Virus record (IMG/VR): IMGVR_UViG_3300037484_000573
Location: 1-48,769 of that record
Reading direction: 5' to 3' (one strand)
Origin: a virus
Lineage: Duplodnaviria > Caudoviricetes
DNA length: 48,769 bases
The translations under genes and the position numbers were made by a program. Each line of letters starts with the position of its first letter. Position 1 is the first letter of the stretch. The notes under the pieces are model-generated. The model was not told the DNA's origin. It worked only from the letters and a program-made list of their open reading frames with translations, and ran no database searches. Below are positions 9,863 to 17,968 of the stretch, one piece after another.

Positions 9863-10092
9863 TAAAAATCTATCTTGACATTAGCCAAACTTACCATAAA
9901 GATATACCAGATGAAAAAACAGCCGATAGATTAGCTCACTTAATCAAGTATATTCTTGAAGATAAAATACCCCTCGATACGGTTGAAAAGGCCGTGCAAT
10001 CGCTTAATTGGAGCGAGGAAACTCAAAAGATTATAACCGATGCGGCTGATCTGGTATGGAATAAAATGCAAGAGGAAATTAAAAATGTCTAA
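9859..10092 (+). CDS. hypothetical protein
   Basis: ATG 9859 coupled to the small ORF; stop overlaps the VWA gene start. Confidence 0.6.
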   Translation: MIKIYLDISQTYHKDIPDEKTADRLAHLIKYILEDKIPLDTVEKAVQSLNWSEETQKIITDAADLVWNKMQEEIKNV

Positions 10093-10645
10093 TCAAATCG
10101 TAACCGGTTCTTTATCGGCTATTTCCCAAAGTACAGGTAAGGCGTTATCCGAATCCTTCATGAGCGCAGACGTGGTTATCGTTCTGGATTGCTCTGGTTC
10201 AATGGAAAGCCACGACGCGCCGGGTAATAAGTCACGTCGAGCTATGGCCCAAGAGCAACTTGTGAAGCTGCAAGCGAATAATCAGGGCAAAATAGCCCTG
10301 GTATGCTTTGCGAATTATGCCGTGTTTTCACCTGCTGGTATTCCGGTTGAGTGCGGGGGAACTACTAATCTAGCCGGCGCACTGTCCTATATTCAACCAT
10401 GTGATGATACGGGCATGAAGATCATCATAGTCAGCGATGGCAGTCCAGATGATGAGCAAAAGGCGCTGGGTATTGCTAAACAGTTTAAGACGCCTATCTC
10501 CTGCGTGTATACCGGGCCGGAAGATGACAGAGAGGGAGGCCGCGCATTTTTAGAGAAGTTGGCAAAAGCAACCGGGGGAACTGCGCTTAAAAGCGACATG
10601 CCGGGGTTACTTGAAAAAGAAGTGACGCTGCTACTTGAGGGTTGA
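10085..10645 (+). CDS. VWA-domain protein
   Basis: MIDAS motif VLDCSGSM, GGTTNL, IVSDGSP, LAKATGG. Confidence 0.85.
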   Translation: MSNQIVTGSLSAISQSTGKALSESFMSADVVIVLDCSGSMESHDAPGNKSRRAMAQEQLVKLQANNQGKIALVCFANYAVFSPAGIPVECGGTTNLAGALSYIQPCDDTGMKIIIVSDGSPDDEQKALGIAKQFKTPISCVYTGPEDDREGGRAFLEKLAKATGGTALKSDMPGLLEKEVTLLLEG

Positions 10646-10820
10646 TTAAAAACCCCAAGTAGGGTATAATGGAGAAACAAAAGGAGCGAGAAACTTTGCC
10701 GGGTAACTCGCTCCAATTTGTCTGCAAGGAAAATATTTCAATGTCAAATCTCTTTTTTATCTTAACATATTATCTCTGATCTGTCAAGAGACAAGGCTAT
10801 TTTTGCTTGTCTCTTTTTTA
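10642..10820. promoter_or_regulatory. helicase leader: sense promoter, antisense promoter, uORF and terminator hairpin
   Basis: Plus TTGATT-17-TATAAT (10642-10670); minus TTGACA-17-TAAGAT (10787-10759); hairpin 10683-10714; uORF 10741-10779; hairpin plus T-run 10786-10818. Confidence 0.6.
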
Positions 10821-10839
10821 ATTTACAGAAAGGGCAATT

Positions 10840-12264
10840 ATGGCAACTTCGCAACAGCAAACGCAACCCCCTAATACCCCCAAAACAAAAAATCCCAAAC
10901 TAACCCATACCGAGCTAGGCCGGTTATATTTAGCCCGACATAGAAAATATACCCTTTTTGCCAGGGGGTACTGGCATCGCTATTCAGGGGGGGTTTGGAC
11001 GCCAGTACCAGATTTTGAGATTGAAATGGAAGTATGGAATTTGATGGAGAGTTTTGAATCCGCACCTCACTTTTATCATCCTACCGATGGCATTAAAAAA
11101 AGCGTACTCAGCTATGTGCGGAGTAGCGTTAGCATATCAGAGGAAAAGTTAGATGCCTATCCCAACTTGATAAATCTCAAGAACGGCATTTATAACCTCG
11201 ATACTGATAGCCTTATTGACCATGACCCTATATACCTGTTGACCTCACAACTCCCCTTTGAATATGCCCCAGCTGCTACTTGTACATTTTGGGACTTATT
11301 TATTCAAACCACCTTCACCGATATAACGGGCAAGATAACCGATCAGGAGCTAATTTACTTTATTCAGGAGATAACCGGTTATTCCCTGACTACTGACATA
11401 AGTTATCAGGTTATGTTTTGGTGTATAGGCGAGGGCGAAAACGGCAAAGGGGTTTTATTCCACGTCTTAAACAAACTAGGCGGGGCAAGCGCAGCGCACG
11501 TTGATCTTAATATATTAAAGAAAGAGAAATATCAACTCGCCACCCTGCTAGGTAAAAGAATTGTTATGTGTAGTGAAGCGAATACCCATGATAACTTAGT
11601 TGAAGATGGCATTATCAAGGCGTATGTAGCTGGAGACCCTATTCCAGTTAGACAGATACGCCGGGAACCTTTTACCCTTTACCCCACTGGTAAGTTATGG
11701 TGGTCTATGAATCGCCTTCCCACCATAACGGATACAAGTCATGGCTTTTGGCGTCGCATGCGCCCTATCCCGTTTAATAACACGTTTGAAGATGGCAACC
11801 GTATTGTTGACTTGAAGGACAAGCTCGACTGTGAGCTATCCGGCATTTTTAATTGGTGCTTAATCGGGTTACGCCGGTTAAAAGCTAATCAGCGCTTTAG
11901 TCACTGTAGTCAGGTAGAGTTAATGAAGTTACAGCTACAAACCGAAAGTAATACTATTCGGCTATTTATCGAAGATGAAGCAGAAGTAACATGGATGAAT
12001 GCAATCGAGAAAAAGATAGACCCTAAAACAGTAGACGGATTAGAAGAATCATCAGCAGAAGTATATGACAGATATAAACAATGGGCTATCTTAAACGGTT
12101 ACAAACCCCTCTCTAATCGCAGTTTCAAGACTGAAATGGAATCCCTCAAATTTTACTATGGTAAAGATAAAAATAGGACAATGCGAGTTATAAAACGAAT
12201 TAAATTATCCAAAAGTAAAACATCAAAGTTTGCCCCTAGCAGTCCAACGCAATCCAGCTTCTAA
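10840..12264 (+). CDS. D5/P4-family SF3 replicative helicase
   Basis: INLKNGIYNL (D5_N), Walker A GEGENGKG, VMCSE, NRLP, GFWRR..IPF, C-terminal winged helix. Confidence 0.9.
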   Translation: MATSQQQTQPPNTPKTKNPKLTHTELGRLYLARHRKYTLFARGYWHRYSGGVWTPVPDFEIEMEVWNLMESFESAPHFYHPTDGIKKSVLSYVRSSVSISEEKLDAYPNLINLKNGIYNLDTDSLIDHDPIYLLTSQLPFEYAPAATCTFWDLFIQTTFTDITGKITDQELIYFIQEITGYSLTTDISYQVMFWCIGEGENGKGVLFHVLNKLGGASAAHVDLNILKKEKYQLATLLGKRIVMCSEANTHDNLVEDGIIKAYVAGDPIPVRQIRREPFTLYPTGKLWWSMNRLPTITDTSHGFWRRMRPIPFNNTFEDGNRIVDLKDKLDCELSGIFNWCLIGLRRLKANQRFSHCSQVELMKLQLQTESNTIRLFIEDEAEVTWMNAIEKKIDPKTVDGLEESSAEVYDRYKQWAILNGYKPLSNRSFKTEMESLKFYYGKDKNRTMRVIKRIKLSKSKTSKFAPSSPTQSSF

Positions 12265-12590
12265 GGACAGCAGGGACGCATGGGACAGATAAAAATGTCG
12301 CAATATACTATATATAAAAAATGGCTATTTTCACTGAAACTGTTAAGTAAAATAGCGTTACTCTTAGAATGTTTCTAGTATAGTGTCCCATGTGTCCCAT
12401 GTGTCCCCATTTATATATTTATATGACTAAACTTATAAAATCATATCTCTCAAAATGTGTCCTTTTAGGGACAGCAGGGACAGATAACATGCAATTTTCG
12501 TATAACGGTAAAATGCCTTGAATAGTGAAAATAGGCACAATCAAAAAGCTATCTGTCCCATGTGTCCCTAAAATATACAAAATGCGTCCT
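12264..12590. repeat. putative replication origin: convergent GGGACA/TGTCCC iterons
   Basis: GGGAC(A) at 12273, 12282, 12468, 12477; TGTCCC at 12384, 12393, 12402, 12554, 12563; 9-bp period with AT-rich spacers; immediately after the helicase. Confidence 0.7.
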
Positions 12591-12605
12591 GTTTTGAGGT
12601 GAAAA

Positions 12606-12953
12606 ATGGATAACCACACCCCCGAATACCTGGCATATCTCAACTCATTTACCTGGCATCTTAAGCGCTGGTTAAGGTTGAATTACGCCGGCCATAAGTG
12701 CGAGAATTGCGGCAGTCGTGAGAAGCTCCAGTGTCACCACAGGACATACGAGCGCCTATTCCACGAACGCATATCCGATCTACAAATCTTGTGCGAGGAT
12801 TGTCATCTCCTGGCAGATGCCCAGCGTCGGTATGACAAGGCGGTTAATACGTTCGCCACTAAAAAGTGGGGGGCAGCGTGGGTACAGGTGATGAGGCCAG
12901 ATGAGGCAAAGGCGGAGTTTGATAGATGGCTAGAATCAAAGCAAAGTAGGTAA
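12606..12953 (+). CDS. HNH endonuclease
   Basis: KCENCG...LQCHHRTY...LQILCEDCH. Confidence 0.85.
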   Translation: MDNHTPEYLAYLNSFTWHLKRWLRLNYAGHKCENCGSREKLQCHHRTYERLFHERISDLQILCEDCHLLADAQRRYDKAVNTFATKKWGAAWVQVMRPDEAKAEFDRWLESKQSR

Positions 12954-13024
12954 TAAAACAAACCCCTGCGTTACCTTGCCACTTGTAGTGCGTCTGATGA
13001 CAATCTACGCATTACCCCCAAAGC

Positions 13025-13067
13025 AAAAAATAGAGCCTACTCGTTATTGAGTAGGCTCTATTGATTT
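13025..13067 (-). terminator. intrinsic terminator, possibly bidirectional
   Basis: AATAGAGCCTACTC/GAGTAGGCTCTATT stem with a T-run on the minus strand. Confidence 0.75.
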
Positions 13068-13255
13068 AATGCTGGCGGACAGACCGAAGGTATTTTTTAT
13101 GGTGATTAACAGGGTTTATCCGGTTGGCTAATCCGGTATAGCCATATTGTGATTTATTGCCCTCCCTTGCCTATTCCACTGAGGGTATTAAGGTCACAAG
13201 GTACAAACGGGCGGCGATTACATTTGCGCTTGATCTGCGCGGGGCCGGCGAAATA

Positions 13256-13309
13256 CTAAAAGTTAATATGTTTCACAGCGGCAATTGCCGGGGCTGCACG
13301 GGCTTTCAT
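13256..13309 (-). CDS. putative 17-aa peptide
   Basis: SD AGGAGG 5 nt before ATG; MKARAAPAIAAVKHINF*. Confidence 0.4.
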   Translation of the reverse strand: MKARAAPAIAAVKHINF

Positions 13310-13500
13310 TTGGGCCTCCTGTGGAGATAATGATAAACGTTATCGGGTAAACCGTCCCGATTGCGGTTTGTCACCTATAGCGGGCTGGGCTACGGTTGAC
13401 GATTGATTTTAGACAATAACACGCACGTATAAAGAAATCCTCACTCTAAGTTTTGCCACAGTTTATCAGCCTGTCACCTCGCTTTCTGTGTTTCCAACAA

Positions 13501-13570
13501 TTGCGGATCACAGATTTGAACTGTGTCGAGAGGCTTATGAGACCCCCCAGTCTACCAAGACTTATCCGCA
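13501..13570 (-). tRNA. tRNA with CAT anticodon (Met/fMet; Ile2 not excluded)
   Basis: Acceptor TGCGGAT/ATCCGCA, D arm GTCT-TGGT-AGAC, anticodon GGGGT-CTCATAA-GCCTC, T arm CACAG-TTCAAAT-CTGTG; no encoded CCA. Confidence 0.8.
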
Positions 13571-13654
13571 GTATTAGCCCTTACTCCCCGTTGCCACTGT
13601 TCTGCGAAATGAGCCAAGACAGTAAGGGAGCGCACACACTAAGGGCTATTGATA

Positions 13655-13777
13655 AACAGCGGGCCGGATTCGATTCCGGCTTAATCCTTTTGGCGATTTA
13701 GGGTTTACGTGTTCCCTCGCCTTCGTTTAGGTAGCACACGTTCCGATACCTACACTTCCAAACAGTGCTGCCGCTGT
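13655..13777 (-). ncRNA. tRNA-like structured RNA without a canonical anticodon arm
   Basis: ACAGCGG/CCGCTGT closing stem, D-like arm, T-like arm GCCGG-AATCGAAT-CCGGC, and two inner arms with complementary loops. Confidence 0.55.
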
Positions 13778-14324
13778 CTATTCCGTTTTAGTGGGCCGGT
13801 TACACGTACCGGAGTCAGCCTTTCCTCATTTGGACGTGTTATTACCTTTGGCTCGACCGGCCCTATGTCATCCGCTTGCGCGGTTGTGACCTCAATAAAA
13901 GAGTTGCTCCCTGCCCCGCGCCTCACTTTACTGAGCGCAATGCTCTGTAAATCTATTGCACCATCCGGCCTTGTCCCAAATTGGGAAGGGCACTTTATTT
14001 AATGGCCGTCAACTCTTTATGTTGTTAATTTTGCCAGCGTATGCCGCTTAAGCGTACACTTACCCCTCACTGGCTATCTACAGGATGTTGGCATCAACGG
14101 CGCAATCTATTAAGCCAGGGCAATGACCCCCACTATGCTCCTGTAGATAAAACGTTGCGCCGATTACCCCCGGCGTTGGGGTTTGCCTCACTAAACCGTT
14201 TAGCTCATATAGAGCCTTGCATCTGCCCGTGCGTGATTAGCACGTAGCAAGTTATCACGGTAAAGAAGGCGGCTCAATCGGTTGTCAAGCCGGTAAATCT
14301 ATGACTACTTTTGAGCCTAATGCC

Positions 14325-14353
14325 ACTATAACCGATATTTGGGAATTTGTCTA
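14325..14353 (-). promoter_or_regulatory. promoter for the non-coding RNA cluster
   Basis: TAGACA-17-TATAGT pointing into the tRNA region. Confidence 0.6.
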
Positions 14354-14415
14354 CCCCTTTTTCACAGGAAAGTGTTACACAATCATTAAAATCTACAAAA
14401 TAAGTAAAATAATTA

Positions 14416-14444
14416 TTGACAGTAAAATCCAGATGTGGTATAGT
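14416..14444 (+). promoter_or_regulatory. sigma70-type promoter
   Basis: TTGACA-17-TATAGT with TG extension. Confidence 0.75.
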
Positions 14445-14472
14445 GGATACATCCTAAGTTTAGAGGTAAACA

Positions 14473-14778
14473 ATGTTTAAGAATTTTGTAGAAAATAAAA
14501 AACCAAAAGAAGGCGACTTGCAGGTTTGGCATATACCCCAAGTACCAGGTGCTCCATTTGAGGTTGCCGTATCTACTCCCCAAGAGGGTAAGCGAGTTAT
14601 GGCTATCCTGGCCGCCTATGATCTCTTTCAATTCCACTACAATATCAAGCCTGATTACTCTAACGCGCAGGGGTTGAATGTTTTTGAAGATGGCGAATGG
14701 CTAACGTGGTATGATGTAGATGGCAACGATATTGATGAATTAGAGATTAACGAAATGGGCGAATTGGTCTATGGCTAA
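14473..14778 (+). CDS. P22 gp17-like protein (superinfection-exclusion related family)
   Basis: VWHIPQVP..PFEVAV...LAAYDLFQ...IKPDYSNAQGL, recalled as this family's signature. Confidence 0.7.
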   Translation: MFKNFVENKKPKEGDLQVWHIPQVPGAPFEVAVSTPQEGKRVMAILAAYDLFQFHYNIKPDYSNAQGLNVFEDGEWLTWYDVDGNDIDELEINEMGELVYG

Positions 14779-15028
14779 AATCGGGAATCTCGACATTTAT
14801 TTTTCAGAAAACGATGCCAGTCTTTACCAGTGGCTAATTGAGCTAGGCAAAGCGGGTTACAATAAAAATAAATTGGGCCGGAATTGTCTTGAGATTGGCC
14901 GCCTCTTCTCTGGCTCTCTCTCCGAGGCACAAGATGCCGCTAATGCGCTTATCATTGTACGCAATCAATATGACAGTGTAGCTAATGCAATGGATGAGCA
15001 CAGGGTGTTATTTAAGGATGGTGAATGA
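14771..15028 (+). CDS. hypothetical protein
   Basis: Coupled ORF in operon. Confidence 0.6.
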   Translation: MAKIGNLDIYFSENDASLYQWLIELGKAGYNKNKLGRNCLEIGRLFSGSLSEAQDAANALIIVRNQYDSVANAMDEHRVLFKDGE

Positions 15029-15450
15029 TGACTAATTACACGCCTGGCCCCTGGACTGTTACTACTTTCAGTATCCTTCCTCGGATCGTTGCCAGTGAAA
15101 CCTACTCAGGATTTGACACTGGCCCTCAAGTGGCTAAGGGGGGAGGAGTGATGTTCAAAGTAGGTGACAAGGTAAAATGGACTTCTAGCAGTAGTGGAAG
15201 TTCAAAAACTAAAACGGGTGAGGTTTTGGTAATTATCCCCGCCCTGGCACGTCCTTACGAAGTTATGTATAGATTTAGCCCCCAGTGGCAGACCAAGTAT
15301 CATAATATCAGTGTGCCAGGGTATGGTATCTTACCGCGCAATCACGAATCCTATGTAATCGCAGTACCAGCCAAAACCAGTAAGGGCAAATTGAAACTAT
15401 ATTGGCCGGTTGTGAGCAATTTAGAGAAGGTGAATAATGACACCGATTAA
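15025..15450 (+). CDS. hypothetical phage protein, with a possible second start near 15151
   Basis: N-terminal YTPGPW motif; internal SD GGAGGA before MFKVGDKVKW. Confidence 0.6.
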   Translation: MMTNYTPGPWTVTTFSILPRIVASETYSGFDTGPQVAKGGGVMFKVGDKVKWTSSSSGSSKTKTGEVLVIIPALARPYEVMYRFSPQWQTKYHNISVPGYGILPRNHESYVIAVPAKTSKGKLKLYWPVVSNLEKVNNDTD

Positions 15451-15661
15451 CATTAAAACCCAACTCCCTATCGAGAGCCAGCGCTGTTTGTGGTGGCACT
15501 CTCGACATGAGCGTTGGTATTTTGGCCGCTGGCATTTAGAGATCGGTGATTATGCCCCCGGCTTTTTTTTGGGCGAACAAACAGGATATGTGTCCGATGG
15601 CATCGCTACTCATTGGATGCCTGAACCGGAAGCGCCAGAGGTGAATGATGCCTTACGATAG
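15437..15661 (+). CDS. DUF551-like small protein
   Basis: C-terminal ATHWMPEPEAP. Confidence 0.55.
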   Translation: MTPINIKTQLPIESQRCLWWHSRHERWYFGRWHLEIGDYAPGFFLGEQTGYVSDGIATHWMPEPEAPEVNDALR

Positions 15662-15887
15662 CGAAGCATCACGTTTGCAAGGTGAGATAGCCCAACTCGA
15701 AAAAGAGATTGAAACGCTCCAATGGTTATGCGGCCAGGGTGATGATGAATATAACGAGTTAGGTGATGCCAAAAGACTAGAATCAGTCAAATGCACCCTA
15801 ACCCGCCTTAGTCGTGAATTGGAATACAAAGAAATGAAGCTATCTATCCATCGGCAGCGCACAAAGGAAAGTGGGGTAAAGTATTAA
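15645..15887 (+). CDS. hypothetical coiled-coil protein
   Basis: SD GAGG; heptad-like sequence. Confidence 0.55.
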   Translation: MMPYDSEASRLQGEIAQLEKEIETLQWLCGQGDDEYNELGDAKRLESVKCTLTRLSRELEYKEMKLSIHRQRTKESGVKY

Positions 15888-15888
15888 G

Positions 15889-16488
15889 ATGACGGGATTA
15901 GTTTTATACCTTACCTGTTGTATTTATAACCGGAGATTTGTGGATCATCAACGGTTTATTGATTGGTCAATTACAAAGCTGAGAACATTCTGGATTGTGT
16001 TTTTCTCGCTTTTTATTGGGTTTTATTTAGCTGTAGCATTATCCTTTGACCCTCTTAGCAAAGGTCAAACATTCTTTCTTATGCTCATTTCAGTGTTCAT
16101 ACCGGGGCTTATAAATGCAGTTATGATAAAGGTTTATCCAACTGTCAAAACCATAGAGATAACCAAAGAAATACTTGTTAAACCTAACTCTGGATGTGGA
16201 ACTATTTACATCATTCGCCGGTCAGATGGTATTCTAAAGTTTGGTAAAGCTCAACGTCTATCAAGCAGGATAACCGAACATCAAAGAGATTATAAATCCA
16301 AGTTTAATGCGGTTGCATCTTGGGTAGTACCAGATATGGATTGCTTTGAATCATTAGCCTTATCGCTTACAAAACGATATTCATACCGTGAAGGCAATCG
16401 AAGAGAACTAAGAGAGATGTCTCAAGAGGAATTGAGTAAGTTTATTTTAACTTTTACCGATAAAGTTCAAGGGGGATGGATGCAATGA
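15889..16488 (+). CDS. membrane-anchored T5orf172/GIY-YIG-like protein
   Basis: Hydrophobic N-terminal helices, then GTIYIIR..GILKFGKA..LSSRITEH...E...RE. Confidence 0.65.
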   Translation: MTGLVLYLTCCIYNRRFVDHQRFIDWSITKLRTFWIVFFSLFIGFYLAVALSFDPLSKGQTFFLMLISVFIPGLINAVMIKVYPTVKTIEITKEILVKPNSGCGTIYIIRRSDGILKFGKAQRLSSRITEHQRDYKSKFNAVASWVVPDMDCFESLALSLTKRYSYREGNRRELREMSQEELSKFILTFTDKVQGGWMQ

Positions 16489-17213
16489 AGAGATTACCCT
16501 TAATTTTAGGTCTTATTTTTATCAGCGTTACCGTTCACCGTGTAGCTTTGTTCAGTGGTGGTGGATTTAATGGCTGGGCCGTTGCTTTGGCCCTGGCTAT
16601 CGGGGTGTTTTTATCGGCCTACTTTACCGAAATGAAAACCACTTCAAAACCCGCTTTGGTTGCCCTGGTTGCTTTTGTTTTGGTTGATGGTCTGTTTAAT
16701 GTCAGCGAGGTTTTGAAGTGGTCAGTCGAACAGGGCCGGTGGGATTTTGCTTTGAAGTTTTCGGAGCAAAGCAGCATTTATATTTACCGCTTCGCTGATC
16801 CGCTTTACGGTATTTTCCCCACGTTAGCCGCCGCCATGCTGGGCTGGCTATCGAAAGCGGCTGAGAAGCTAATTGTCAACCGCAAGGCCAATTGGAAAGA
16901 CAGACTATTGAATGGGGTTACTGATTGGTTACTTGGAGACGCGCAACCGACCGCGCAAAATGACGCAAAACCAGCGCCAGCGCCAGCGCAGATTACAGCG
17001 CAAAAAACTAACAAAACCGGCAAAATTAACCGAGTATCAAAGCGAGATTGGAGAAAAGCAGCCGTTACTATTTTGCGCGACAACCCTGATATTTCCGGGG
17101 CGCAATTAGGCCATAAATTGGGTGCAAGCGCTCGCACAGGGCAGAACATAATCAGCGAATTGGAGCAAGCCGGTATCATCCATAAAAATGGCAATGGCTG
17201 GCAGGTGAGGTAA
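16485..17213 (+). CDS. multi-TM protein with C-terminal winged HTH (Spd-like architecture)
   Basis: Four hydrophobic helices, an Ala/Pro/Gln linker, then NPDISGAQLGHKLGASARTGQNIISELEQAG. Confidence 0.65.
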   Translation: MKRLPLILGLIFISVTVHRVALFSGGGFNGWAVALALAIGVFLSAYFTEMKTTSKPALVALVAFVLVDGLFNVSEVLKWSVEQGRWDFALKFSEQSSIYIYRFADPLYGIFPTLAAAMLGWLSKAAEKLIVNRKANWKDRLLNGVTDWLLGDAQPTAQNDAKPAPAPAQITAQKTNKTGKINRVSKRDWRKAAVTILRDNPDISGAQLGHKLGASARTGQNIISELEQAGIIHKNGNGWQVR

Positions 17214-17335
17214 TGATACTCCTCATTCAACTCGCAATGGCTCAGCCAAACAGCACTACAGGCAATTACGTTAAAGAACTTACCGAGGCCGGCGCAATCC
17301 ACCGCAATGGATCGGGGTGGAAGGTGTTGCAATGA
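17213..17335 (+). CDS. 40-aa ORF duplicating the C-terminus of the upstream gene
   Basis: NYVKELTEAGAIHRNGSGWKV versus NIISELEQAGIIHKNGNGWQV. Confidence 0.5.
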   Translation: MILLIQLAMAQPNSTTGNYVKELTEAGAIHRNGSGWKVLQ

Positions 17336-17469
17336 AAACCCATGGATTTAATCTAATCCACAAGATAGATTTGGTGAAACAAATCGAGTCACTAATTGAG
17401 GCCGCAAAACTGGCAAATGACGAGGCTGGGGTTCGTTGGTTAGAAATTCTGAAAAGGCAATACCAGTAA
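17332..17469 (+). CDS. small hypothetical protein (45 aa)
   Basis: Manual translation; ATGA and TAATG overlaps at its two ends. Confidence 0.55.
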   Translation: MKTHGFNLIHKIDLVKQIESLIEAAKLANDEAGVRWLEILKRQYQ

Positions 17470-17801
17470 TGCAATCTGCAACCCACTGGCAACCGAGCTA
17501 TAGTCCCGATGATCGTCATAAGGCCGTTGACGCAATCTTGATTATTTGGAGCGAGTTACTTTTGCTCACCGATTTACTCATTAAAATCGCTCAATTGATG
17601 ACAGATAACCGAGTGGTCATCAGCCAGTCACTTGAGGCGATAATTGCCAACTTTGATATAGTGGTAATCCTGATTATGTGGATAGCCGGGCTAGTGCGCA
17701 CTATTAACGATGTAGCTATCTGGTATAGCGAGATTGACCGGCAATTGATGAGATGGTTTAGTCGGCTGGTCTATGTACCAGTGTATCGGGGGATAGGATA
17801 A
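17469..17801 (+). CDS. hypothetical membrane protein
   Basis: Two hydrophobic segments; coupled start at 17469. Confidence 0.55.
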   Translation: MQSATHWQPSYSPDDRHKAVDAILIIWSELLLLTDLLIKIAQLMTDNRVVISQSLEAIIANFDIVVILIMWIAGLVRTINDVAIWYSEIDRQLMRWFSRLVYVPVYRGIG

Positions 17802-17968
17802 TGGATAGACTATTTTTATTCGTTATTTGCATGGTGATATTCGCTTTAGGTATATGGCTAGGTCAGACCATTAAACCTGTTATGAGAGATGTTGTCACAC
17901 TTGATAACCGGCGCTGTATCCTCATCTATGAACAGGATGTAGTACACAAGTTTTGTGAGGCTAAATAA
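17801..17968 (+). CDS. small membrane protein (55 aa)
   Basis: MDRLFLFVICMVIFALGIWLG...; TAATG coupling at both ends. Confidence 0.6.
   Translation: MDRLFLFVICMVIFALGIWLGQTIKPVMRDVVTLDNRRCILIYEQDVVHKFCEAK

Noticed and set aside
12264-12590. Repeats as a CRISPR array
   Set aside because: Units are 6-9 bp in both orientations with no unique spacers; they fit iterons better.
12985-13015. CTGATGA as a hammerhead ribozyme core
   Set aside because: No GAAA(C) partner or three-stem junction nearby.
13453-14247. Plus-strand ORFs 13453-13701, 13709-14002 and 14041-14247
   Set aside because: No clear SD, atypical composition, and they overlap a tRNA and RNA stems on the other strand.
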